From Patescibacteria group bacterium (GTDB lineage Bacteria > Patescibacteriota > Minisyncoccia > Phycocordibacterales > Phycocordibacteraceae), in contig JBBTSZ010000002.1 in the NCBI GenBank assembly GCA_038064495.1, positions 480,002 through 544,001 of the forward strand: a stretch of DNA of 64,000 bases, given 5' to 3'. The notes below the pieces were generated by a model. It was not told the origin of the DNA. It worked only from the letters and a program-made list of their open reading frames with translations, and did no database searches. Shown piece after piece: positions 30,901-39,288 of the stretch (the first letter of the stretch is position 1; each line of letters begins with the position of its first letter). The translations under genes and the position numbers were made by a program.

Positions 30901-31148
30901 CGCATGTTTTCACGCGCTTCCTCTTCGGTTCCTTTTGGCTCACCTATTTCAAACCCATCAAACCGGAGTTCAAATTTTTTCCCCGAGTAGTCTGGAATCG
31001 GAGAAAACTCCTTAAACAGTTCCATCAACCCATCTTTTAAAAGCCACTCGAAGCTTTCGCGCTGGTGCCCGACAAGGTCAGGAAACTCAACACGTGGAGC
31101 CCGATAGGCACTGAACGTTTTTTGTTCAAGCGCTTTGGTTTTAGGCAT
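27966..31148 (-). CDS. rpoB: DNA-directed RNA polymerase subunit beta
   Basis: Conserved rifampicin-region and catalytic motifs; 1060 aa. Confidence 0.97.
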   Translation of the reverse strand: MPKTKALEQKTFSAYRAPRVEFPDLVGHQRESFEWLLKDGLMELFKEFSPIPDYSGKKFELRFDGFEIGEPKGTEEEARENMRTFEAPVKATVTLLNKTMGSEKTQDIFLADIPMMTPHGSFIVSGVERAIVPQLARSFGAFFISEEVKGKQMFGAKIIPARGVWIEIESEADGAIYVKIDRKRKFPVTNLLTIMGAGSREDILKKFLGNEIATNAITTTLSHDTATSVDDSFVEIHRRMRDGDLATPDNAKSYVNALFTPERYDLSKVGRHRLNARFSLPTDTKSLNQRALTLDDLIRIVGEIARLNTDPNARPDDIDHLGFRRVRFVGELLQARMRVGMSRMKRNIQDRMSTIESETSLPMAFVNPRPFQASVREFYTANQLSQFMDQQNILAELENMRTLSALGPGGLTRERAGFEVRDVHPSHYGRLCPIHTPEGQNIGLILRLALHARTNEFGVIETPYAVVKKGVVTDEVRYLNALEEETETIAHAATPVDAKGKIVPDSIEVRKGGEPAVVERDEITLMDASTYQMFSAATAMIPFVDHDDANRALMGSNMQKQATPVLIPEAPLVATGIEGHAAKNTGRLVMALEAGEVTYADAQKIIVTNKDGKAKEYKLQGLTQTNQNSAFNQRPSVHTGDKVKKGDVLADASSSDHGQMALGQNVRVAFMSWNGANYEDAIIVSERLVEQSKFTTVHIEDFECAVRDTKLGPEVTTHDIPNVGELRLKNLDEEGVVRIGAEVRPGDILVGKVTPKGETQLTPEERLLRSIFGDKAKDVKDTSLRMEGGKRGRVIGVRVFSREKGDQLETGIIKKIVVTVAQVRNVSVGDKLAGRHGNKGVISRVLPAADMPYDKDGNPIDLILTPLGVPSRMNLGQILELHLGLAANTLNYQAIVPPFAGATADEIRNELELAGFDRSGKMQLYDGLTGEAFAQPVSVGYMYILKLHHMVEDKIHMRSIGPYSLITQQPLGGKAQNGGQRFGEMEVWALLGYGSAYTLREMLTIKSDDIQGRSATFDAIVKGEPVSHAGTPASFSVLTNQIRGLALDIEPMDMEIDADI

Positions 31149-31403
31149 AGTGCAGTGTAATTACCGCTCGGATGGCGCGGCCTCGAAGCGTATGGGAGCC
31201 CCGTTCGCGTTTCTATCCCATCCGTAGGTAGAAACGCCAATAGGGCTCGTGCATACGCCACGAGCCACGTCCCTCGTTATCTCCGAGACGCTGGTTAATT
31301 TGGATGTGTGTGAAAGCCCCTTTCCCCCGCTACGCAATCTTTGTTCCACTAGTATATTCCTCGGTCAAAGGGGCGTCAAGGCGTATTGTGGACAGATTCT
31401 ATA

Positions 31404-31438
31404 TAGAAAAACGGGCGGAACCTGATGGTTCCGCCCGT
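31404..31438 (-). terminator. Intrinsic terminator upstream of the rpoB leader
   Basis: gggcggaacctgatggttccgccc followed by tttttct on the minus strand. Confidence 0.65.
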
Positions 31439-31469
31439 GTTGTTGGAGTTCATGGCGCATGTTGGCTGA

Positions 31470-32024
31470 CTAGCAACCGTTCATAACGTCTGAGCTCTGA
31501 GAGCGCGAGAAGTTCGCGCGCTTCACAACCCTCGTTTCGTTTTTCCGTTGAATCGGAGAAATCTGGACAAAGATTGCTGCAATGAACGCCGCTGCAAGGG
31601 TGGCAATGACGGCCACTAGATATTGACGATTGAGGTCAATGAGATAGTCAGCGACGACCATACCCGAAAGTGGAAGCACGGTGCTGATCCACAACCGAAC
31701 GAAATTCATCTTGGTCTTTCGGACTTCGTTGACAGCAGCCCATGCTGCAACACCAGTGAAGATGAGCATGCTGACTGCCGACACCATCCAGCCAAACGGC
31801 ACCATTGCCATTCCTGCGGCTAAGAAAACTGCACCGACGTCGGTCATTTCGTGCGAGCCACCGTAGTCGTAACCGCTTTTGGCGATGCGATTCGATTCCC
31901 GCATACTGATAATTGCAGCAATAATGTACGTGATGCCAAGGACATACGCAGCTATAGTGCCGAAAAACAGCACCATAAGGATGTTGAAGATTGACACGAA
32001 GGTCAATCCAGAAATTCTGCTCAT
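31470..32024 (-). CDS. Polytopic membrane protein (hypothetical)
   Basis: GAGGTAGGAG RBS; 184 aa; five to six TM helices. Confidence 0.5.
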   Translation of the reverse strand: MSRISGLTFVSIFNILMVLFFGTIAAYVLGITYIIAAIISMRESNRIAKSGYDYGGSHEMTDVGAVFLAAGMAMVPFGWMVSAVSMLIFTGVAAWAAVNEVRKTKMNFVRLWISTVLPLSGMVVADYLIDLNRQYLVAVIATLAAAFIAAIFVQISPIQRKNETRVVKRANFSRSQSSDVMNGC

Positions 32025-32216
32025 AGTATGAACTCCTACCTCATAAACGCTTATGAGGCTTCTAGGTATTACTATATCACTTCCGACACGTAAAGTCAAT
32101 ACTTAGGCCTTTTTCTTTGTTTTAGCCTTTTGTTTCCAGGCTTCTATGAGTGTGTGACTACCGGTTCGAAGTACTGCCGGAACCCTGTGTTTCTTCCCCC
32201 CACACCAAACTCGCGA

Positions 32217-32909
32217 TTACGCTTTTTTGGTATGGGACGGCACTCCTTTCTTGTTGGTCTTATTCTTTTTCCATGAGTCTATATCCGCATGGTTTCCTGT
32301 TAGTAAGACAGCAGGCGCTTTATACCGCTTGCCTTCCCAGGTAATAGACTCAGGACGGGTATAAACGGCAGGAGAGGCGGTGCGGCGCTCCTCAACGGAT
32401 TCGTCTTTTCCGAGCACGCCCGGAAGTCTACGTGTGACCGCGTCCACAATCGCCATGGCAGGAACTTCTGCTCCCGTGAGCGTTGCCTCCCCTACTGCAT
32501 ATTTTTTTACGGTGCCGAAGGTTTTCAGTATAGAAAGTGCGCGGTCATCAATGCCCTCGTAGCGACCACAGACCAAAACAACGTCATCAAATTTCGCGAG
32601 CTTGTCAGCTTCTTTGTTCGTGAACGCGCTCGCGCTCGGTGAAAACCACACGAGCGCAATCTTCTTCCCGCCACGGCGGGATAAACTCTTTTTCACGGCA
32701 CGCACCACCGGAAGTGCGGTCATCACCATACCGGGCCCGCCTCCATACGGACGCTCGTCTACTTTGCCCCATTTATTGTCCACGTAGTCGCGTGGCGTTT
32801 GGTAGTCCACGCTAATCTTCTTGCCAGCGCGAGCGCGCCCAAGGATGGATGCATTCAAATACGCATCACAGGCTTCTGGAAAAAGTGTTATGAGATGAAA
32901 TCTGAGCAT
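32217..32909 (-). CDS. trmD: tRNA (guanine37-N1)-methyltransferase
   Basis: SPOUT/TrmD motifs: LTLFPE..., GRYEGID, GGGPGMV. Confidence 0.92.
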   Translation of the reverse strand: MLRFHLITLFPEACDAYLNASILGRARAGKKISVDYQTPRDYVDNKWGKVDERPYGGGPGMVMTALPVVRAVKKSLSRRGGKKIALVWFSPSASAFTNKEADKLAKFDDVVLVCGRYEGIDDRALSILKTFGTVKKYAVGEATLTGAEVPAMAIVDAVTRRLPGVLGKDESVEERRTASPAVYTRPESITWEGKRYKAPAVLLTGNHADIDSWKKNKTNKKGVPSHTKKA

Positions 32910-32932
32910 AGTAAAAGTGTAACTTGGTCCTT

Positions 32933-33047
32933 GTGTGCGAAAGAGAGGTTCCAGATGCTAGGCGCGGGTTGGCTCCGAGTGCAGACGTATGTGCTATACG
33001 ACGGAACGAGGAGACGGGACCCGCAACAACGCAAATGGGGCCTATCC
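32933..33047 (+). repeat. Copy B of the structured intergenic element family
   Basis: TAGGCGCGGG...GACGTATGTGCTATACGACGG...GGGACCCGCAACAACG. It sits between the KH-protein gene and trmD and is antisense to that operon. Confidence 0.6.
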
Positions 33048-33057
33048 TTTCGTGCAC

Positions 33058-33369
33058 CTAGAGGGAGTCAATGACTTCGTCTACTGACTTCACTTCCGGT
33101 TCACGGCGTCCACCAATAGGCTCAGGAATCTTAAGCGAGACACGCGCGTTATGCTTCAAACCAACTGCCGTAAGGAGCGGTCGAATAGCGAGCGTAGCAA
33201 TACGGCCACCGCGACCAATCACCTTCCCCATATCATCAGGGTGTACGGTAAGGGTGAGGAGTACGCCGAGGTTATCCACGGTCTGCACAATTTTTACATC
33301 CTCAGGATGATCAACAAGGCTCTTCACCAAGTATTCAAGAAAATCGTAATAGGGTGCGTTCGGTTCCAT
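33058..33369 (-). CDS. KH-domain RNA-binding protein (YlqC/UPF0109-like)
   Basis: VIGRGGRIATLAIRPLL motif (GxxG). Confidence 0.8.
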   Translation of the reverse strand: MEPNAPYYDFLEYLVKSLVDHPEDVKIVQTVDNLGVLLTLTVHPDDMGKVIGRGGRIATLAIRPLLTAVGLKHNARVSLKIPEPIGGRREPEVKSVDEVIDSL

Positions 33370-33432
33370 ATCGTTTCAGCGTAATCGGATAAACGGGCGA
33401 GCGGGGTTGTCGCAAGATTGCGACGAGAACAC

Positions 33433-33969
33433 TTAGGTTGCAGGAGCCTCTTCGGTAGCTACTTCTTCAGCAGGAGCAGCTTCCTCTGCCGCTACCACTT
33501 CTACAGGTGCCTCCACTACCGGAGCTTCTTCAACAACTGCTTCAGGAGCAACCTCTTCAGCTGGCGCAACTTCCTCTGCTACTGCTTCTGCCTCAGCGGC
33601 TTTTGCAGCGACCTCTTCAGCGGCCTTTGCGTCAGCGGCTGCTTTTGCGGCTGCTGCCTCGTCTTCAGCCTTCTTCTTAAGAATGTTCTTCTCGAGGTTC
33701 TTCTTGGTAACCACCTTTGCAGTCTTTACTCCGGTAACGACACCTTCCTTGACGAGGAGGTTGTGTACGGATGGAGATACCTGAGCACCCTTTGCCATCC
33801 ACGCGGTAATGCTCTCCGGCTTGAGGGTCGTGGCCTTGGTCTTTGGGTTATAGGTACCGACAAGATCAACATACTTACCAGCCTTTGGGCCAGCTGCCTT
33901 GTCTAGGACGGCAATACGAAAAGCCGCGTCGTTTTTACGGCCAATCCTCTGGAAACGAATCATCAACAT
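33433..33969 (-). CDS. rpsP: 30S ribosomal protein bS16 with ~95-aa Ala/Glu/Val-rich C-terminal tail
   Basis: MLMIRFQRIGRKNDAAFRIAV...VGTYNP... followed by AEEVAP-type low-complexity repeats. Confidence 0.9.
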   Translation of the reverse strand: MLMIRFQRIGRKNDAAFRIAVLDKAAGPKAGKYVDLVGTYNPKTKATTLKPESITAWMAKGAQVSPSVHNLLVKEGVVTGVKTAKVVTKKNLEKNILKKKAEDEAAAAKAAADAKAAEEVAAKAAEAEAVAEEVAPAEEVAPEAVVEEAPVVEAPVEVVAAEEAAPAEEVATEEAPAT

Positions 33970-34057
33970 ATAGTGGGGCGTAGCGTAACAGATTGAGCGA
34001 GTTGGGTCAATCAGCTATGGAAATGAGGCTAGTTTGTTCCAGCCTCATGATTTGTAA

Positions 34058-34088
34058 GCAAAAAGGCGGCTGATAATTCAGCCGCCTC
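34058..34088 (-). terminator. Intrinsic terminator
   Basis: aggcggctgataattcagccgcct followed by tttttgc on the minus strand. Confidence 0.6.
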
Positions 34089-34094
34089 GTTCAC

Positions 34095-34472
34095 CTACTT
34101 CGGCTTCTTGAGAGATTCAAAAGCCTTTTCAGGAAGTTCGACTCCGTACCATCTCCTTCTAGTACCAACCAATGCAAGAACTTTATAATTAGCTTGCACA
34201 TCTGATCGGTTGTTTACTTTTCTGAACTGACGCTCAGCGCGCCGAATAGTAGGCCGTAGCGGACCTTTACTTTCACAACCAACCGCGTGCTCACCCTCCA
34301 CAGACCACAACGAAAACAAAGAGACGGTGTAGAGCAGATCTTGTGGTCTTTGTTCAAGTGACTCTTTTGCCTCACGAACGGCTGCTAACTTAGCCATAAG
34401 TATGGCTTCCTTAATCCGGAGGCATTCACCAATACTCACGCGAAGCGAAAACTCCTCTGAAGCAATGCCCAT
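34095..34472 (-). CDS. Hypothetical protein
   Basis: AAGGAG RBS; 125 aa; no recognised motifs. Confidence 0.4.
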   Translation of the reverse strand: MGIASEEFSLRVSIGECLRIKEAILMAKLAAVREAKESLEQRPQDLLYTVSLFSLWSVEGEHAVGCESKGPLRPTIRRAERQFRKVNNRSDVQANYKVLALVGTRRRWYGVELPEKAFESLKKPK

Positions 34473-34574
34473 CTTCTAATCTCCTTAAAAATCTAGACAG
34501 AACCTACCATAGGTTGCAAAAAGGTTCCAATCTTTTTCCAGAACGTCAGTTAACTTGGGTATGTAAAAAGAAAA

Positions 34575-34905
34575 ACCGCCCCATCATATGGGGCGGAAAG
34601 TGGTGATTCAGGCAACCTACGGCGACTCCTTTTTCCCGCAGGATTCAGAGTCTTGTCTCCAGCACGGGTGGTGTTTCATTGGCGACTTCCGTCTCCCACC
34701 TAGTATGCGCACAATTGAATGCGCAGAGGTACGCGATGCCAGATAAGCTAACGATCCGCCCCAGAGGAATCGAACCTCCGGACATTCCGACACCATCGGA
34801 ACATCGGCTGTTAAGGAGTCGAACCCTCTTTACCCTCACCAACAAGGAACAGCAGGACCTCAAGCGTTTGCCTGAATCACCGACCGCAAGTCTACCCTGA
34901 CCGCG
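34575..34905 (-). ncRNA. tRNA-like / tmRNA-like structured RNA region (identity unresolved) with its own terminator
   Basis: On the minus strand there are two GGTTCGAnTCC T-loop-like motifs, a GGU-anticodon-like hairpin, the 3' acceptor-like GGGGCGG-A, and a 14-bp long-range helix (GGTGATTCAGGCAA/TTGCCTGAATCACC). A short frame GCC AAT GAA... (ANETPPVLETRL*) is present. A terminator lies at 34566-34597. Confidence 0.3.
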
Positions 34906-34909
34906 CACG

Positions 34910-36982
34910 ATGTCAAAACGATTCCGAAATCGTCGCAAGAACAAATCCTCGGAATCTGCTACAGTAGCTGAAATGACCGACGCTGAATCTCCTATATACG
35001 AGGGGCCAATAACCATTATCAAAACCGGTAAGGGGTTTTTTTCATATGACCCTGAAAAGGATGATCTCTTCGTTCCGGGCGAGAATCTGGGTGGCGCCTT
35101 TCCGGGCGACATTGTGAAGGTGACCACGGCCGGCATGGAAGCCGACCCAAAGACCAAACAGCTGAAGCCTATCGGCAAGGTGGTTGAGGTCGTCTCGCGT
35201 AATCGCGAGACGTTTGTGGGCACGCTCACGAGTAGTCGTGAAGACCTTCCGGCAGACGCTCCGAATCTCGTCATGATGCTTCCTGACTGGAAGAAAATGT
35301 ACGTGCCGTTTGTGGTGAAAGGTGAGAACCTCCCGATTGGTCAGAAAGTGCTGATTCGCTTCCAGGGATGGGCAGCGAATCAGCCCTACCCATGGGGCAC
35401 ACTTGAGGAAATTATCGGTCCCGCAGGTGACCACGAGACTGAGATGCGCGCACTCGCGCTCTCACAAGGGTTCCGTAGTGACTTCCCTCCTGGCGTTGTC
35501 GGCGAGGCACGTGTTCTTGAAGAAACCGGCAAAGGACTCATCGCAAAGGATGCTGAGGAAGGTATTGCCGCCGGACGGCGAAAAGATTTCCGTGAAGTAA
35601 CTACCTTCACGATTGACCCGTTTGATGCAAAAGACTTTGATGATGCTCTTTCAGTTCGCGTGCTCGAGAATGGCAACACCGAAGTGGGCGTACACATTGC
35701 CGACGTCTCCTATTTTGTAAGCCCCGGAACTGCGATAGATGACGAAGCACGTCAGCGCGCCACTTCGGTGTATCTCGTGGACCGCACCATCCCCATGCTT
35801 CCGGAGGTACTCTCCACAAACCTTTGTTCGCTGAATCCGAACGAAGACCGTCTCTCGGTCTCGGCGGTGTTTGAACTGAACGCGAACGCGGAAGTGGTTT
35901 CCAAGTGGTTCGGTGAAACCGTCATTCACTCTGATAGGCGCTTCACCTATGAAGATGCGCAGGAGGTGCTTGATAGTCAGTCGGGAGATTTTCTTACAGA
36001 ATTGAACACGCTCAAGACGCTGGCGTTCAAGATTCGTGACCGTCGTACTAAGAGTGGCGCCATTGCCTTTGATACCCCCGAAGTAAAGATAAAGCTGGAT
36101 GAGACCGGGAAACCCATTTCCGTCACACTGAAGGAGCGTCGCGATACGAACCTGCTGATTGAAGACTTCATGCTTCTTGCAAACGAGAACGTTGCAGAAA
36201 TGTTGTCAGAAAAAGCGCAGAAAGCAGGGCTCACGAATTCGGTTATCTACCGCATCCACGACCTGCCCGACGCTGAGCGTATTGAAAACCTTTCGCAATT
36301 CTTGAAGGTGATGGGTTATGAGCTTGAAACGCATGCCGGTCGCGTGAAAGGTTCCGACATTAATGCCCTACTTAAGCAAGTGGAAGGCAAGCCGGAAGAA
36401 TATTTGATAAAGACCGCTACCCTACGCTCCATGGCAAAAGCGGTCTACACTACGAAGAACGTCGGCCACTTCGGTCTTGCCTTTGAGTTCTATACGCATT
36501 TCACGTCTCCTATTCGTCGCTATCCTGACCTTCTCATTCACCGCCTCGTGAAGCACAACACTAACGGCGAACCATTTACCACGAGCCAAGTCGCAGAGCT
36601 TCAGAACCTTGCGACGCATTCAAGTGAGCGCGAGGCCGGAGCCGTAGAGGCTGAGCGTGATTCCATCAAGATGAAACTCGTTGAGTTTATGGAAGATAAG
36701 GTCGGGCAGGAATTTGCTGCCGTTATTTCCGGTGTCTCAGACCGCGGACTCTATGTGGAACTGAATGAAACCCGTGCAGAAGGCATGATTAAGATTCGTG
36801 ATCTCGGCGACTCGTCTCGCGACGGAGCGGGCGACTACTTCGTCTACGACGAGAAACGCTATCGCATTATTGGCGAGCGCACGAAGGTGCAATACGCGCT
36901 TGGAGACCCGGTGACCGTAAAACTTATTGCTGCACGACTACAAGAGCGTGAACTCGACTTCGCCCTCGTGAAGCCCGCATAA
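34910..36982 (+). CDS. rnr: Ribonuclease R (RNB family 3'-5' exoribonuclease)
   Basis: N-terminal basic tail, cold-shock-like domain, RNB catalytic motifs and a C-terminal S1 domain. Confidence 0.9.
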   Translation: MSKRFRNRRKNKSSESATVAEMTDAESPIYEGPITIIKTGKGFFSYDPEKDDLFVPGENLGGAFPGDIVKVTTAGMEADPKTKQLKPIGKVVEVVSRNRETFVGTLTSSREDLPADAPNLVMMLPDWKKMYVPFVVKGENLPIGQKVLIRFQGWAANQPYPWGTLEEIIGPAGDHETEMRALALSQGFRSDFPPGVVGEARVLEETGKGLIAKDAEEGIAAGRRKDFREVTTFTIDPFDAKDFDDALSVRVLENGNTEVGVHIADVSYFVSPGTAIDDEARQRATSVYLVDRTIPMLPEVLSTNLCSLNPNEDRLSVSAVFELNANAEVVSKWFGETVIHSDRRFTYEDAQEVLDSQSGDFLTELNTLKTLAFKIRDRRTKSGAIAFDTPEVKIKLDETGKPISVTLKERRDTNLLIEDFMLLANENVAEMLSEKAQKAGLTNSVIYRIHDLPDAERIENLSQFLKVMGYELETHAGRVKGSDINALLKQVEGKPEEYLIKTATLRSMAKAVYTTKNVGHFGLAFEFYTHFTSPIRRYPDLLIHRLVKHNTNGEPFTTSQVAELQNLATHSSEREAGAVEAERDSIKMKLVEFMEDKVGQEFAAVISGVSDRGLYVELNETRAEGMIKIRDLGDSSRDGAGDYFVYDEKRYRIIGERTKVQYALGDPVTVKLIAARLQERELDFALVKPA

Positions 36983-37056
36983 CGTAAAGGCAGTTTGTTT
37001 GACAAATACTATATCTACGATATAGTATTTAAGAACGTACATTCTAGGAGGTGAAC

Positions 37057-37461
37057 ATGGCATATCGTGATAACGTCAATCTTCTTTGTGATCAAATGGG
37101 TGTTCCGAATCCTATTCGCGAAGACGATATCAAGGTCGACAAAATCTATTTCATTTCCGATCGCTGGATTGAGTTGGGTCATGTTGAATCCACGGAAATG
37201 AACCGCGCAGGAAGATTGTTCGTTGAATTCATTGAGAAGGGAAAACTGACGAACGAAAGACGACTTTATCGACAGTGGGAACGATCTTCAGGGCTTTTTG
37301 AAGCTGGTATCGAACACGACGTCTTTCGTATAAATAAAGCTGTGGCACTGCTTATTCAATGGCACTTCGCTGAACTGTATACGGATGCCTACGAGAAAAA
37401 CCGCACACTCATCTTAGGCCTTCTCGATGCCACTTTTGTTGGTGTTGTCTTTAAATCCTGA
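37057..37461 (+). CDS. Hypothetical protein
   Basis: TAGGAGGTG RBS; 135 aa. Confidence 0.45.
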   Translation: MAYRDNVNLLCDQMGVPNPIREDDIKVDKIYFISDRWIELGHVESTEMNRAGRLFVEFIEKGKLTNERRLYRQWERSSGLFEAGIEHDVFRINKAVALLIQWHFAELYTDAYEKNRTLILGLLDATFVGVVFKS

Positions 37462-37479
37462 TGGTGAAAACCATATTCA

Positions 37480-37518
37480 AAAATCAAACCGCGCCAGAAA
37501 TGGCGCGGTTTTCTTTTC
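37480..37518. terminator. Bidirectional terminator
   Basis: accgcgccagaaatggcgcggt flanked by an A-run and a T-run. Confidence 0.7.
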
Positions 37519-37525
37519 AGGGGGT

Positions 37526-38872
37526 TTAGGCTTCTAGAATTCGAGTGAGTGCCAGCGCATACGCCGCTTCGCGCAGCGTCACCCCGCGTGTAAGTGCAAA
37601 GTCTGCCACGTCACGATACGCGTCTCGCATGGTTTCATTCAAACGCTCTTGCACATCTGAGGCTGTCCAGAGAATGTCTGAACGATTCTGAAGCCATTCA
37701 AAATAGGAGACCGTAACGCCTCCCGCGTTCGCTAGCACGTCCGGGATGATGGCCACGCCATTTGCCGCTAGGATGACATCTGCTTCAGGTGTGATGGGAC
37801 CATTCGCGATTTCAAGAATGATGCCCGCTTTCACCAGCTCTACATTGTCTTTTCGTATTTGCTCTTCTAGAGCTGCCGGGACAAGCACATCAACTGGTGC
37901 ACTCAAAACCGCCTCAGGGTCGCGCAGTTCTACCGCGTCTTCTTCCATACGCGCGGCGTCACACACCGAGCCTTCGCAGTACATACCACTGACCGAGCCC
38001 TTTTCCTCTTTCGCGCGTAGCACGGACGCCACATCAAGCGAGTTTGGTGAAGCAAGTGTGCCGTGACTGTCCGCCAGTGCTTGTACGGACGCTCCATCAT
38101 TTGATAGAAGTTGTGCGGCCCGCGCTCCTGCATTCCCTACTCCCTGCACCGCAACAGTGAGCTTTGAGATATCCCGATGCTGGTCAGCGAGAAGCGCCGT
38201 AAGCACGGCGATAGCACCATCTGCTGTTGCGGTGTCTCGTCCAACGATTCCTCCCTTATCGAGAGGCTTGCCGGTAATAAATGCTGGAGCCGAGTGCCCC
38301 ACAAGTTTTTCATATTCATCAAGCATGAGTGCCATGATTTCTGCGTTCGTGTAGACATCGGGCGCCGGCACGTCCACCTCGGGACCCATATATTCTGCAA
38401 ACGCTCGCACATACGCGCGCGACAATTCTTCGAGTTCTTTCTTCGTGAGTTTCTTCGGGTCAACGGACACACCCCCTTTCGCTCCCCCAAACGGAATATC
38501 CACCACCGCACACTTGATAGCCATCATCGCCGCAAGGGCTTTCACTTCATCCTCGTCAGCGTCCGGATGAAAACGAATTCCGCCCTTGTAGGGACCGCGT
38601 GCGTCATTAAATTGGACGCGATACGCTGGAAAGCTTGCCGTACCCCCGGCATCCATGGGAATCGTGAGCTCAGCTCTCCGAATATGATTTGGAATCTCAA
38701 ACTTCTCTCGTTCCTCCTTCGTGAGTGCGAGCAGGTCGGCTGCTCGGTCCACGTTTGTCTTAAAGTAATCAAAAGCTGCCATTGTAGATGAAAGCATACG
38801 CCTGCCCGAGGGCGTGTCCAAGGGGATAAATAAAAGCACCATATCATTAGACAAGGTGCTTGCTTCATTCAC
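37526..38872 (-). CDS. gdh: Glutamate (Glu/Leu/Phe/Val-family) dehydrogenase
   Basis: KGGIRFHP...GGAKGG and an NAD(P)-binding GVGNAG motif; the true start may be an internal Met. Confidence 0.85.
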   Translation of the reverse strand: MNEASTLSNDMVLLFIPLDTPSGRRMLSSTMAAFDYFKTNVDRAADLLALTKEEREKFEIPNHIRRAELTIPMDAGGTASFPAYRVQFNDARGPYKGGIRFHPDADEDEVKALAAMMAIKCAVVDIPFGGAKGGVSVDPKKLTKKELEELSRAYVRAFAEYMGPEVDVPAPDVYTNAEIMALMLDEYEKLVGHSAPAFITGKPLDKGGIVGRDTATADGAIAVLTALLADQHRDISKLTVAVQGVGNAGARAAQLLSNDGASVQALADSHGTLASPNSLDVASVLRAKEEKGSVSGMYCEGSVCDAARMEEDAVELRDPEAVLSAPVDVLVPAALEEQIRKDNVELVKAGIILEIANGPITPEADVILAANGVAIIPDVLANAGGVTVSYFEWLQNRSDILWTASDVQERLNETMRDAYRDVADFALTRGVTLREAAYALALTRILEA

Positions 38873-38978
38873 GGAGTGAAGTGAAGTGTTAACTACGGTT
38901 TCAAAAGGGACATAGATACGCTCAACTTAAAATACACAGAACAACGACTATTGTTTGGCCGAAATGCACGAACGTAGC

Positions 38979-39209
38979 TTATTCGACTTCTGTGCAGGTA
39001 CGTGAGAGATATTCTTGAATTTTCTCGTACTCCTTAGGATGAGAAAACTCAACATGACGATTCATTCTTTCAGTCCAAGTAACCTCATTTCTCTTATCAG
39101 ATCGAAGTATTTTCTGAATCCGACATTTGCAGAAGCGACATTTAATAGACTCTGTCTTTTCTTCCATGAGAAGCAATCCTTTCTTGTTTGGAGAGGTGCG
39201 ATGGGCCAA
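38979..39209 (-). CDS. Small hypothetical protein with a CxxC pair
   Basis: Low-GC ORF of 76 aa containing CRFCKC. Confidence 0.3.
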   Translation of the reverse strand: MAHRTSPNKKGLLLMEEKTESIKCRFCKCRIQKILRSDKRNEVTWTERMNRHVEFSHPKEYEKIQEYLSRTCTEVE

Positions 39210-39288
39210 TCAATCTTTAATATCCTTTCATAACTACTATCTAAACAGATGATACCTGTTTATTGTAGAAAGTCAATATCTGGAATGA

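Noticed and set aside
24359-31040. Numerous antisense and alternative-frame ORFs inside rpoB, rpoC, dnaE, gyrB, the histidine kinase and others
   Set aside because: They are embedded in high-confidence conserved genes on the opposite strand or frame, with no RBS or homology signal.
34620-34700. tmRNA tag frame ANETPPVLETRL*
   Set aside because: Not called as a feature: it begins like a tmRNA tag (Ala-Asn-Glu) but lacks the usual hydrophobic ...LAA/VAA ending, and the overall tmRNA domain order could not be reconciled by eye.
34756-34830. Intact tRNA-Thr(GGU) gene on the minus strand
   Set aside because: The anticodon arm, T-arm and 3' acceptor are present, but no complementary 5' acceptor strand (CCGCCCC) or D-arm lies within 100 nt upstream; only a partial or unconventional tRNA-like structure is supportable.
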